Positions 38,571 to 50,480 are shown, counted from the first letter of the whole stretch. The stretch: DNA of 63,877 nt, filler included, from Octopus bimaculoides (GCF_001194135.2; 6 parts of 6 records of this genome joined end to end with filler, not necessarily neighbours in it); one strand, 5' to 3'. Translations and numbers: made by a program. The notes: generated by a model not told the origin, from the letters alone.

Positions 38571-40019
38571 TATGAAATTACTAGTAGAGAATTTGTGATA
38601 CTTATGGTTATGCTTATTTGTATGATTCAAGGCAACGAATATTTCAATGAATATTTAAACAATAACTAGAATTGTGTGATATAAACTATAGAATTCTACT
38701 TTTATGTTTGTGAACAATAGTATTAGTTTTGTGTGTAACATTATCTATGAAGCGAAGCCACTGCTTTTCATCGAAACTGTAATAACGAGCAGCAAAGATA
38801 AAGTATTCTTGGTAAAAGGACAAACTACATTTTCATTTACTAATGTTGTTAACTAAGATTTACAAGAATTATTGATGAGATTAGAAGTTATATAATCTCG
38901 TTAGGTTTACTATAAGGTCAGTATTGACCATTGCTTAAATCTGAAGTTATATCGAAGAATCATATCAGTAGTGATCATTAATTGAAACTCATTAAATATT
39001 TTGAATTTCTCTCTCTAAAAGCATCCATTATATAACCATATCTATTTCGCAAGATGAATATCCCATCATCTCTACAAGTCCGTCGAACGGAATCTTATCA
39101 ATAATCACCTGAGGTGTACAAATCTATTAATTCAGAACCTCAGCTCCAATGCATTATCTCGCGGTTGCATCAGACAATAACTGACCTATAACGCAAAACG
39201 AATTATCATAAGACATCGGAGATTTCCAAGTGTGCGATAGAGACATTAATCTGTGAATCATAAATTAGAATACCTTCTCTACCAAATTCTCAAACTTACT
39301 GAAGAAAGGATTGGTAGGAGACGGAAAGAATTCTACTGTGTCAACTGCGTACATTTAAAATTATGCTTATAATATAAATTAATGATACCATTTAATGACA
39401 TGTACACCATTATTTCATAACAGAAAAAGGACTAATTTTTATTATCAACACTTGTGAAATTTAAAATAATTGTTTTCCGCAGTTGGTAGGTTATATTAAT
39501 CTGCATGTATGTTAAAAAGTGGTTCAGAATGTCAAAATACTGTGAGTTACAAATATACGAATGAAAATGGAACAAACACAAAAGGTTGTTCTTTTAACTT
39601 GTAGTTCAATATTTCGGTTACATAAGCACTAAACATTAGCAATTGAAAATATAGCTTCACAACTACGTATGGTAAAAATATTACATGCACATACTGAGAG
39701 TACTATGTGAGACAATTAACACTGTTCGACTCATATGCTGTTGAGGCTTTCTCCTTAGAATAGTTTCTTATGTATGTATGTATGTATGTATGTATGTATG
39801 TATGTATGTATGTACGTATGTATGTATGAACGTACGTATACGTATATACATACAGACAGATAATAAAACACAGTCACTTGCTTTGTGAAACTTGTTTTGG
39901 GGAAACTCCACCAGCAGCAGCAAGCTGATGGACAACAGAAAGATTAAACTTTCAGAACAGAACTACAATAGTTCAATAATTTTTATAACTAATGAATTTA
40001 ATAATGATAATATCGGTTT

Positions 40020-40470
40020 CAAATTTTGGCACAAAGTCAGCAATATGGGAGGAGAAGTAATTAGATTACATCGACTTCCGGTGCTCAACCGGTCCTTATT
40101 TTATTGACCCGAAAGGATGAAAAGCAAAGTCTATCCTGGCGGAATTTGAACTCAGAACGTAAAGACGGACGAAATGCCGCTAAGCATTTTGCCCAGCACG
40201 GTAACGATTCTGCATTTCGTCTGTCTTCACGTTCTGAGTTCAAATTCCGCCGAGGTCGACTTTGCCTTTCATCCTTTTGGGCGGGGTCGGTAAATTAAGT
40301 ACCACTTGCATACTGGGGTCGATCTAATCGAGTGGGCCCCCTCCCCAAAAATGTCGGGCCTTGTGCCTAGAGTAGAAAAGAATGAATTAAGTACCGGTGG
40401 AACACAGGGGTCGATGTAATCGATTAGTTCCCTCTCCAATAATTTCAGGCCTTGTGCCTATAGTAGAAGG
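40020..40470. mobile_element. Cluster of family A SINE copies in opposite orientations
   Basis: Minus copy at about 40020-40212 directly abuts a plus copy at about 40213-40378. Confidence 0.8.
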
Positions 40471-40664
40471 GTTTATTATTATTATGATTATTATTCTTAT
40501 TCTTATTATTATTATTAGAAGTAGATGTGGTACTATTGTTATTACCATAATCTATTTTCTAGTATTGCTAATATTTTTAATTTAACACTATCGTTACCTT
40601 TATTATCAGATTGTCGCATTGTTATCACTGCGGGTATTGAAGTACAATAATAGCCGTAATGATG

Positions 40665-40803
40665 ATGACAACGATGACGACGACGATGATGATGATGACG
40701 ATGATGATGGTGATGATGATGATGATGACGACGACGACGATGATGATGATGATGATGATGATGACGACGATGTTGATGATGATGATGATGATGATGATGA
40801 TTG
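40665..40803. repeat. (GAT/GAC)n tract
   Basis: Directly visible. Confidence 0.95.
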
Positions 40804-40977
40804 TAATAATACCCGCTCCTCATCCTGTCTTTACAGTATATATTTCTGCATATTTATTGCTTTCTATAAAGAGATGAGGCTTGACATCTGACCACGCTGT
40901 AAAAAGACAATAAAAATCAGATGCACCCACACTTATATTACTATCTACCTACATATATATATATATATATATATATA

Positions 40978-41077
40978 NNNNNNNNNNNNNNNNNNNNNNN
41001 NNNNNNNNNNNNNNNNNNNNNTTAATTAATTAANNNNNNNNNNNNNNNNNNNNNNNNNNNNNNNNNNNNNNNNNNNN
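40978..41077. other. Artificial contig/scaffold spacer
   Basis: 44 N + TTAATTAATTAA + 44 N. Confidence 0.9.
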
Positions 41078-42076
41078 CATCTCGGTTACGTCCCTTTACG
41101 CTCTCGGGTCTCCCTTGCCATTCTAGTTTTTCGAGTGAACGGCCAGGACACGAGGACGATGTTCAGAATCGTCGGTCGATACCGTTTTAAATCGTGCCCC
41201 ATCATGGCCGAGTAGAATGATTGAAATGCTCTTTGCCCTACACTTTATCCTTCACACACGCTCAAAAAGGTGTATTTTACGTGCCACCTGCACGGGAGCC
41301 AGTCCAGCGGCACTGGCAACAATCTCACTCGAATGTCTTTTCACGTGTCACCGGCACAACTGCAAGGAAGGCGACGCTGGGCACAGGTGCCTGACACTAC
41401 ATTCTGAGTTCAAATTATGCCAAGGTCAACTTTTCCTTTCATCCTTTCAGAGTTGATAAATTAAGTACCAGAGAAACACTGGGGTCGATGTAATCAACTC
41501 ACCCCTCCCCCAAAATGGCTACCCTTGTGGCAAAATTTGAAACCATTATTATTAAGTTGGAAAGCTGGCAGAATCTGCCAACAAAATGATTGACAGTATT
41601 TTATCCATCTTTACATTCTGTGTTCAAATTCTGCTGAGGTTGACTTTGGCATTCGTTCTTTTGGGGTCAATAGAATGAGTACCGGTTGAGTACTGGGGTT
41701 GGTATAATGAACTTAACTACTCCTGGGTATGAATATAAAAAACAATTTAAAAACTGCACCCTTCTGTCATGCCAGAGTGGCTGAGTAGACTCACCAAATC
41801 AGGATGATCTAATGCTCAAATTCCTGACCTCCACATCAGATTGTGGTTGGTGGAGAGATGCTGGGGTCTTCATTCTGCAGTGGACTCAACATGGGCAACC
41901 TAATCCAATGAATCTTAAGTCCCTTGGGCTTGTGACAGAAAAGAAAAAGAAAGATAAAACCTTATACCCAAGATCACATTTTCCATTCCTTCTTGCCTTC
42001 CCAAGGTGGCAGAATGTAATTTGCACAGCTATGTAGAGTCTCCCTCAGCCCATAAAACACACAATGAATGCCTTAA

Positions 42077-42274
42077 CCCTTTAGCATTCAGATGTTTCTG
42101 TCATATAACGCTTGTCTATTCACATTGATTTGAATTGGTTATGCATTAACTTGCAGCTTTGAGATTCCAGTGACATGATTGTAGGGTAAGTGTGAGAGGC
42201 TGGATCTGGTTGGTTTGAACATAAAACACGGAGATTTATTTTCGCTGGATACAGCCTGTTTAAATGCTAAAAGG
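42077..42274. mobile_element. piggyBac-type MITE (198 bp) with TTAA target-site duplication
   Basis: TTAA|CCCTTTAGCATT ... AATGCTAAAAGG|TTAA. Confidence 0.85.
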
Positions 42275-42331
42275 TTAAAGTTTCTATTGTTCTTACAAGT
42301 CTGTTTCTATGTCTATTTTTGGTAATTTCAG

Positions 42332-42428
42332 CTGTGAGCCTTGCCGAATTATTGCTCCAAAATTCGAAGAGATGAGCTTGCAATTCTCAAATGTTGTCTT
42401 CCTTAAGGTCGATGTTGAAGCTTTACCA
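42332..42428 (+). CDS. TXNL1: Thioredoxin-like protein 1, coding exon 2 (xCEPCRIIAPKFEEMSLQFSNVVFLKVDVEALP)
   Basis: tttcag| ... |gtaagt; 97 nt; thioredoxin CxxC, IAP.F and VFL.VDV motifs. Confidence 0.92.
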
Positions 42429-42534
42429 GTAAGTCTCTTTTTTTATCTACACCTCTCTCTCTCTCTCTCTCTCTCCTTCTCTGTCTATGTGAAGACACAC
42501 AAATACAAACCTTTGCACACACACACACACACAC

Positions 42535-42800
42535 ATCATCATCATCATCATCGTTTAACGTCCACTTTCCATGCTAGCATGGGTTGGACGATTTGGCTGA
42601 TGACTGGTGAAACCAGATGGCTACACCAGGCTCCAATCTGATCTGGCAGAGTTTCTACAGCTGGATGCCCTTCCTAACGCCAACCACTCCGAGAGTGTAG
42701 CGGGTGCTTTTACGTGCCACCGGCTAGAAGGCCAGTCAGGCAGTACTGGCAACGGCCACGCTCAAAATGGTGTATTTTATGTGCCACCCGCACAAGAGCC
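42535..42800 (-). mobile_element. SINE family C copy in TXNL1 intron 2
   Basis: Family C consensus. Confidence 0.85.
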
Positions 42801-42804
42801 AACA

Positions 42805-43070
42805 TATCTCCTCATCATTTTTACATCTGCGTCTCCACGCTTGCAGGAGTTGCAATGGACCTCTTTGCAACACTGCATTTTGGCCATTTCTTGCATTTGT
42901 TCCTTTGTCATCACTTGTGTGAGCTTCAACATCACAACATCAATTCCTACCATTTCTGGCACCGTCTCTTCCTTAGTCTTCCCTTTTCCACAGTTCCTTT
43001 CTATTCGGATCTCCCAACTCTTCTTTACCCATATCTTATCTTCCATACACATCACATGTCCTTACTAAAG
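42805..43070 (-). mobile_element. RTE-clade LINE 3' coding end (degraded)
   Basis: GHVMCMEDKIWVKKSWEIRIERNCGKGKTK... matches the RTE terminal GHVMRM....VKK.....EG..GRGRP.K; short (GAT)n tail. Confidence 0.7.
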
Positions 43071-43154
43071 ATGCCTTCAAACTTGCCCACCACAGGTGAT
43101 TGCTCTCAGTCCAACCCCCACCACATTGTTCATGCACACATCACATATAAAAGG

Positions 43155-43385
43155 CGGCGAGCTGCCAGAAACGTTAGCACGCCGGGCAAAATGCTTAGCG
43201 GTATTTCGTCTGTCTTTGCGTTCTGAGTTCAAATTCCGCCAAGGTCGACTTTGCCTTTCATCCTTTCGGGGTCGATGAAATAAGTACCAGTTACGCACTG
43301 GGGTCGATATAATCGACTTAATCTGTTTGTCTGTCTTTGTTTGTCCCCTCTGTGTGTAGCCCCTGGTGGGTTGTAAAGAAATAGC
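43155..43385 (+). mobile_element. Young, near-consensus family A SINE
   Basis: Intact CpGs; ATAGCACACATCACATATAAA/ATGCACACATCACATATAAA-like sequence on both flanks is a possible TSD. Confidence 0.9.
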
Positions 43386-43939
43386 ACACATCACATATAA
43401 AGTTAAAGGAGTTTCATTCTCGAGTCACACCATCTCACAAGGGCTGGTTTCATAGTGTATGTATTCCCCACCTGGCTAAGACACCAATCTGTCGCAAGAT
43501 TATTCCTTTTTGCCAGCTGAGTGGAATAGATCAACGTGAAATGAAGTGTTCTGAACAAGAACACCCCCACCTCATCCAGGAATCGAAACCCCAGCAGCAA
43601 AGTAGGACCCATTAGTTAATGTACTCCCAGATATACTATGTATGAATAACAGGCAGGATGATTACATAAGTCCACTGGATCAGGATTGACCTGGGATTAA
43701 ATAGCAACAAGGAAGGATACATTAGCTAATGTAGTCCTAGATATGCTATGTTTGAATAAAAGCCAGGATGGTCACGACTGGAGCATCTCTGATCATAGTT
43801 CTACTGGACCAGGACTGACTTCAGATTCATCAATGTCTCTAACTCGCAAGGCTTCCCAACGTCCTACTCCCTGCAGTCATCTTCCCCAACCGTCCTCGTA
43901 TTCCCTTAATTGTTGTTCTTTGTTTCCTTTATTGTCCAG

Positions 43940-44110
43940 GGCTTGGCAGAAGCCAACAAAGTCTTCTCCATGCCGACCTTCCAGTTTTTCCGGAACAAGG
44001 TGAAAATCGACGAGTTGAAGGGTTGTAACCCAAAGCCACTTAGGGAGAAGATCATGAAATACAGCAGCGGTGAGGATAGTATTGAGACTGACCCCAACGT
44101 GAAGGGCTAT
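43940..44110 (+). CDS. TXNL1: TXNL1 coding exon 3 (GLAEANKVFSMPTFQFFRNKVKIDELKG...DPNVKGY)
   Basis: gtccag| ... |gtaagt; 171 nt; cis-Pro motif MPTFQFFRNK. Confidence 0.95.
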
Positions 44111-44892
44111 GTAAGTAACAACAGGGGGCAAGTGTGCATCTTGTCCCCACTTTCTTTTTCGTGGGGGTGGCAGTTGACTTTTTTTTTTTGTTTTACCTAT
44201 TTTAGCTCTTGAATGTTTTATGTATTTATTATTATTATTGTTATTATTATTATTAGTAGTAGTAGTAGTAATAGTAGGCAATGAGCTGGCAGAATTGTTA
44301 GCGTACTGGACAAAATGCTTAGCAGTATTTTGCCTGTTGCTATGTTCTGAGTTCAAATTCCACCGAGGTCAACTTTGCCTTTCATCCTTTTGGGGGTCGA
44401 TATAATCGACTAGTCCCCACTCCACAAATTTGAGGCCTTGTGCCTCCAATAGAAAGGATTATTATTATTATTATTAGTAGTAGTAGTATTAGGTGGTGAG
44501 CTGGTAGAATTGTTAGCACGCTGGACAAAAAACTGAGCAGTACTTCACCCATCGCAGTGATGAAAGGCAAAATCACCAGGGTTGATTTTGCCTTTCATCT
44601 TTTTGGGGGTTGATTAAACAAATACCAGCTACACACTGGGGGTCAATGTAATCAACTTAATCCCTTCCCCAATATTTGAGGCCTTGTGCTTCTAGAAGAA
44701 AGGATTATTATTATTAGTAGTAGTAGTTGGCAGCGAGCTAAGATATTTGTACTCAGAGCCAGAGGCGGTTTCAGCCGGGTTGGTAACGAAAGGGTTAAAT
44801 GCTGATGAGCCATGTTGCCTGCTTTCTGTATGGTTTTGTTTCTGTTTTTCTTTCTTAAAAATATTTATCTGATTTTCTCATGTTTGTTCCAG

Positions 44893-45015
44893 ATGGATCT
44901 TTATTCATTAATCAACGAGACTTGCTCAGAATGCCTCAATGAGTCGGACACAAATCCGTTTCACAACTGTCTGTTGAAGAATGGAAGCTACCTAGAATCT
45001 GACTGTGATGAACAG
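44893..45015 (+). CDS. TXNL1: TXNL1 coding exon 4 (MDLYSLINETCSECLNESD...LESDCDEQ), start of PITH domain
   Basis: ttccag| ... |gtaaag; 123 nt; ECLNESD and LESDCDEQ motifs. Confidence 0.95.
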
Positions 45016-45254
45016 GTAAAGTGTTTCTTCGTTTCAGATGTATTCTGATGATGATTGTCTGTCCACTGCATGTCTAACTGTCCACAAAGCTTACAACGTA
45101 CTTGCAATGTCTGATGCCAGCTGCAGTGGCACTCAAAACAACCAGCAAAAGTATGTGACTTGCTACCCTTTTGTACCTTTTTTATTCTTTTATTTGTTGC
45201 AGTCATTTGACTGTGACCGTGCTGGAGCACTGCTTGTAGTTGAACAAATCGACG

Positions 45255-46403
45255 GTAATGGCGGTACTGGCAACGGCCACACTCAAATGGTGTTTTTTAT
45301 GTGCCACCTGCAACAACCTCACTCAAATGTTTTGTTCATGTGCCACCGGCACAAGTGCCAGTAAGGTGACGCTGGTAACGATCATGCTCAAATGGTGTTT
45401 TTTATGTGCCACCTGCAACAACCTCACTCAAATGTTTTGTTCACGTGCCACCGGCTCAAGTGCCAGTAAGGTGACGCTGGTAACAATCACGCTCAAATGG
45501 TGCTTTTTACGTGCCACCAGCATGGAAGCCAGACAGCTGCTCTGGCAGTGATCCTNNNNNNNNNNNNNNNNNNNNNNNNNNNNNNNNNNNNNNNNNNNNN
45601 NNNNNNNNNNNNNNNNNNNNNNNNNNNNNNNNNNNNNNNNNNNNNNNNNNNNNNNNNNNNNNNNNNNNNNNNNNNNNNNNNNNNNNNNNNNNNNNNNNNN
45701 NNNNNNNNNNNNNNNNNNNNNNNNNNNNNNNNNNNNNNNNNNNNNNNNNNNNNNNNNNNNNNNNNNNNNNNNNNNNNNNNNNNNNNNNNNNNNNNNNNNN
45801 NNNNNNNNNNNNNNNNNNNNNNNNNNNNNNNNNNNNNNNNNNNNNNNNNNNNNNNNNNNNNNNNNNNNNNNNNNNNNNNNNNNNNNNNNNNNNNNNNNNN
45901 NNNNNNNNNNNNNNNNNNNNNNNNNNNNNNNNNNNNNNNNNNNNNNNNNNNNNNNNNNNNNNNNNNNNNNNNNNNNNNNNNNNNNNNNNNNNNNNNNNNN
46001 NNNNNNNNNNNNNNNNNNNNNNNNNNNNNNNNNNNNNNNNNNNNNNNNNNNNNNNNNNNNNNNNNNNNNNNNNNNNNNNNNNNNNNNNNNNNNNNNNNNN
46101 NNNNNNNNNNNNNNNNNNNNNNNNNNNNNNNNNNNNNNNNNNNNNNNNNNNNNNNNNNNNNNNNNNNNNNNNNNNNNNNNNNNNNNNNNNNNNNNNNNNN
46201 NNNNNNNNNNNTGGCGGTACTGGCAACGGCCACACTCAAATGGTGTTTTTTATGTGCCACCTGCAACAACCTCACTCAAATGTTTTGTTCACGTGCCACC
46301 GGCTCAAGTGCCAGTAAGGTGACGCTGGTAACAATCACGCTCAAATGGTGCTTTTTACGTGCCACCAGCATGGAAGCCAGACAGCTGCTCTGGCAGTGAT
46401 CCT
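45255..46403 (-). repeat. Family C-derived 105-bp VNTR, duplicated on both sides of an N-gap
   Basis: 45259-45555 and 46212-46403 share the same start and end; the left copy has one extra 105-bp unit. Confidence 0.85.
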
Positions 46404-46534
46404 TTTTAGGGTTGATTAAATAAGTACCAGCTACACACTGGTGTCGATGTAATCAACTTAATTCCCTCACTCGAGCTGCCCTTGTGCCAAAAATTTGAAT
46501 TCATTATTATTGTTGTTGTTTTTTGTTGTTTCAG

Positions 46535-46601
46535 CTTATCCTATTTGTGAGTTTCAACCAACCTGTCCGGTTACACTCGTTCAAATTGATGGGACCATTA
46601 G
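46535..46601 (+). CDS. TXNL1: TXNL1 coding exon 5 (LILFVSFNQPVRLHSFKLMGPL)
   Basis: tttcag| ... |gtaagt; 67 nt; FNQPV.L.S motif. Confidence 0.93.
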
Positions 46602-47321
46602 GTAAGTAATAGACTTGAAATTCCCCTCTCAGCTGTTGGGTATTTACATATTCATTTTGTTTACTACCTCTCTCTCTCTCTCTCTTGGTTTCTACTTTCC
46701 TAACACCAACCCCTACAAGAGTGCAGTGGGTGCTTTTTAGGTGCCACCGGCACGAGTGGCAGTTACGAAACACCGGCATCAGCCACGACTATGATCTCAC
46801 CTGGCTCGACAGGTCCTCTCAAGCATGGTATATTCCTAAGGGTCTCGGACACTTCTCACTGCCTCCAACTTTTAAAGGGTGCTTTTAACATGCCACCAGC
46901 ATGGCTGCTAGTTACACAACACTGGCATCAGCCATGACTACGATTTCACTTGGCTTGATGGGTCTTCTTCTCAAGCATGGCATATTGCCAAAGGTCTCGG
47001 TCACTTTGCTTCCATGAGGCCCAACGCTCAAAGATCACGCTTCATCACCTCCTCCTATGTCTACCTCTTCTACAGGTTCCCTCCATAGTTATCTAATTAC
47101 AAAAATGTTTTTTTTAAACATTGAATGACTAGTGGGGACCAGTTGAATAAAATAGAAATCAAAAGGGTCTATCGAAAAAAAAAAGGGTTGGGAGCCACTG
47201 GTCAAGTGACTCTGGTAAAAAAATATTGTTGTTGGTCACTTACTGGTCTTGTACCAAAATTTGAAAGCATTGTTTAGGTCGTTGTTGTTGGTAATATTGT
47301 TATTTTGTATATTATATTCAG

Positions 47322-47494
47322 AAAACGGGCCCAAAACTATAAAACTGTTTATAAACCAGCCACGGACCCTTGACTTTGACCAGGCTGAAGGCATGGAACC
47401 TGTCCAGTCCCTGAGTATAGAAGCATCAGACTTAGAAAATTGTACGACCATTCCACTGCGCTATGTCAAGTTCCAGAATGTTCAGAACATCACA
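47322..47494 (+). CDS. TXNL1: TXNL1 coding exon 6 (NGPKTIKLFINQPRTLDFDQAE...IPLRYVKFQNVQNIT)
   Basis: attcag| ... |gtaagt; 173 nt; GPK.IK.FIN and PLRYVKFQNV motifs. Confidence 0.95.
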
Positions 47495-47576
47495 GTAAGT
47501 ATACAGATATACATACATATCACAAAAAAAATGCACCCAGTACACTGTAAAGTGGCTGGTATTACACCAGCACACA

Positions 47577-47774
47577 CACGAGAGGACGTGCTGAAAAGTT
47601 TCTGGCTTTGGGTAAAAGAAAATACAGGAGAATCAGTTAATTATGATTTTATTTAACGTATTCCCCTGCTCAGATTCACACACTTATTGCAGTAAAAGAA
47701 CTCAGAAAGGTTAGGCCTCCGACCAGGCCTTTCGTAATATCCTTAAAGCCAGGAACTTTTCACTACCTCCTTGT
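47577..47774. mobile_element. Tc1/mariner-type MITE in TXNL1 intron 6
   Basis: Homologous to 22594-22806; TIR-like ends. Confidence 0.7.
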
Positions 47775-47845
47775 AGTAGTGCTACATTGTTCATTTTCGG
47801 TAAATAACTTTGTGATTTGTTTTCATTCTTTCTTTCTCTCCACAG

Positions 47846-47950
47846 ATATTCATGAAAGACAATCAACAGGGAATGGACACAACACAACTAGATTACTTGT
47901 GTTTTATAGGAACCCCTGTATCTTCAACAGATATGTCTGATTTCAAAAGG
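47846..47950 (+). CDS. TXNL1: TXNL1 coding exon 7 (IFMKDNQQGMDTTQLDYLCFIGTPVSSTDMSDFKR)
   Basis: ccacag| ... |gtacgc; 105 nt; T.M.DFKR motif. Confidence 0.95.
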
Positions 47951-48485
47951 GTACGCCAATTTATTTCCCCCCGTTTTCTTGTTTCTCTCATTCCCAGTCG
48001 GTTCTCTGTAACTGCTGGATGGAAAGCATTAAATCTCTGCAGATAAATCAATCAGTTAATGATCTGTTAATTAATGCTGGTTGTCAGTAAAATGTAACAG
48101 CCATCATCATCAGTGTCCTACACTATCATTGTTACTACCACCACCACCACCACCACGATAGTCATCATCATCATCATCATCACCACCACCATAGTCATCA
48201 TCACCATGCTTTGCTTTCCCTGTCCCCAACCCTTGTCTATTTCCGACGAAGTCTGTTAATGAATCTGTCAGGTTTGTGACAGTCCTAAGACACATACACA
48301 CAGATGTGCATGCACACACACAGAGATATGCATGCACACACGGACATAGTCCCAGATATGTACACCTGCATGCATGCACGCATACACTTACAAACACTCA
48401 GACATTTAACACACACACACATAAACATGCACATGAACACACACACACACATCTGTATTTAACACTTTATTCTTTTTTGTTTCAG

Positions 48486-48515
48486 GTTGCTGGTAAGAAA
48501 GGTGAAAGCCATTAG
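48486..48515 (+). CDS. TXNL1: TXNL1 terminal coding exon 8 (VAGKKGESH*)
   Basis: tttcag|GTT...CAT TAG; the conserved GKKGESH C-terminus; AATAAA at 48528-48533. Confidence 0.95.
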   Translation, partial: VAGKKGESH

Positions 48516-49582
48516 AAGAGGAAGGAAAATAAAAGAAAAAAAAACGCAATGCTCCAGCTGATATAGAACAATGTCCCCCCCCCCCNNNNNNNNNNNNNNN
48601 NNNNNNNNNNNNNNNNNNNNNNNNNNNNNNNNNNNNNNNNNNNNNNNNNNNNNNNNNNNNNNNNNNNNNNNNNNNNNNNNNNNNNNNNNNNTGGTCAAAA
48701 AAAAATGAGTGTCAGCTGACGAAGGGGAACTCTTTCCTTTTTTTTCTTTTTGGTTTTCTATTTGTTTATATCTCCTGATCCCACTCTCCCACTGTCTTAG
48801 TGTGTGCAGTGGTAAGTTTACAGCCCCTTATTCCTTGTCCCCCCCTTTCTCTCTAAACCCACTCCTAACTCTCCTCTTTGTTTCTCGTCTGGGCTTCTTC
48901 CCCTCACCCCCAAGTCTCTTCCTCCTCTGTTGTCACTTCTTTTTCTCCATTTCTTCCTCCTCTGAACACTTCTAACACTTCAATTTTTTTTTTTATTAAT
49001 CCCACAGAGAAAACATCAAACAAAAGGGTTTCTTAGTATTTTAAAATATACATGCATACGTACACATACACACACACACACACACACACTCTCATACATA
49101 CAAATATAGATATTTATATATAAATGTACACACAAATTTTTTCAATGAAAAGGGTTGGCAGTGTCTTCAAAGTTTTACCTTGCTTGCCTTCATCAGACTG
49201 ATGGAGGCAAGCAAATTAAAACTTCATTGTAAAAATTAATATATACTCAGCTAAAAAGGAATTTAGAACAACTTCAATTTAAAACTAGATTGTTTTTACA
49301 CACACACACACCTGCATACATACACGTCTGTGTGTTTATAAATGTAATTATACATGCATGAAACACACTTCAACCATTCTGTTTGTTGATATTTTATGAC
49401 CATAAAATAATAAGTTTAGTAATAATGATGGTGACAAGTCAAAGAATAACATTGACTATTGATAATGTTGATAATAACTCTAATTATAATCATCTTAATA
49501 ATAATTTTTGTATGAGTTGGTTATTTTTCTTTTTTTGTTTTTATATTTGTAATTTTTCATGTTTGTGTGCTGATGCCAGTAC

Positions 49583-49830
49583 CGCTTAGTGGCGTAGTGG
49601 TTAAGAGCGCGGGCTACTAACCCCAAGATTCCGCTTTCGATTCCAAGCAGTGATCTGAACAATAATGACATTGAAAAATACCTTAGGAATGAGAACCCAG
49701 GTTCGGAATTTCCCCAAGACCCCTGATGAAGGCTGGAGGGTATATCAGCTGAAACGTTCTGTTACTAACAAACAAGATGAGGACAAATATTCGTCAAATG
49801 TAAATAATTCCTCTCCTCTTAAATACAGAA
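49583..49830 (+). mobile_element. tRNA-headed SINE carrying a hammerhead-like motif
   Basis: Head TGGCGTAGTGGTTAAGAGCGCGGG...TTCGATTCC (A/B boxes); CTGATGA-A-GGCTG-GAGGGTATAT-CAGCT-GAAA-CGTT at 49723-49758. Confidence 0.75.
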
Positions 49831-50149
49831 TTATGCATACACACACACACATATATATATATATGTGTGTGTGAAGGTGTGTGGCTTAATGGTTAAGCAG
49901 TTACCATAGCAACAGTTCCTATACTCTTTGATCAGATCATCTATATGTCTTTCTTACCTTATACTTATTTCAATCATTGTACTGCAGCCATTCTGGAGCA
50001 CCACCTTAAAGGGTTTGGTCAAAGAAATTGACTGGTACTTATTTTATTAGTCTCTTTTTTTTGCCGAACTGCTAAGTGACTAGACTGTAAACAAACCAAC
50101 ACCGCTTGTTAAGCAGTTGTAGGTAACAAACACAAAAACATTCACACAT

Positions 50150-50480
50150 ATATCTTTTATTTATTTCATTCATTAGACAGTGGCCATGCTGGGGCATCAT
50201 CTTGAAAGATTTTTAGTCAAATGGATCAACCCCAGTACTTATTCTTTCTCTTTTGCTGAACTGCTAAGTCACAGGATGTAAACACACCAACACCAGTTGC
50301 CAAGCAGTAATGGGGAACACACACAAACAACGGACTTCTTTCAGTTTGTTTTAAGAAATCCATCGAAAAGGTTTCTGTTGGTCCAAGACTTTAGTAGAAA
50401 ACCCCTGCCGAAAGTGCCACACAGTGGGACTGAACCCAGAACCATGTGGTCGGGAAGCAAGTTTCTTATCACAGTCATAC
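50150..50480 (-). mobile_element. SINE family B copy
   Basis: Family B consensus. Confidence 0.8.

Noticed and set aside
39010-39345. Minus-strand exon-like pieces (DTVEFFPSPTNPFF; VIIDKIPFDGLVEMMGY) as a head-to-head partner such as WDR7
   Set aside because: No similarity to WDR7 that I can recognise; separated from TXNL1 by a spacer.
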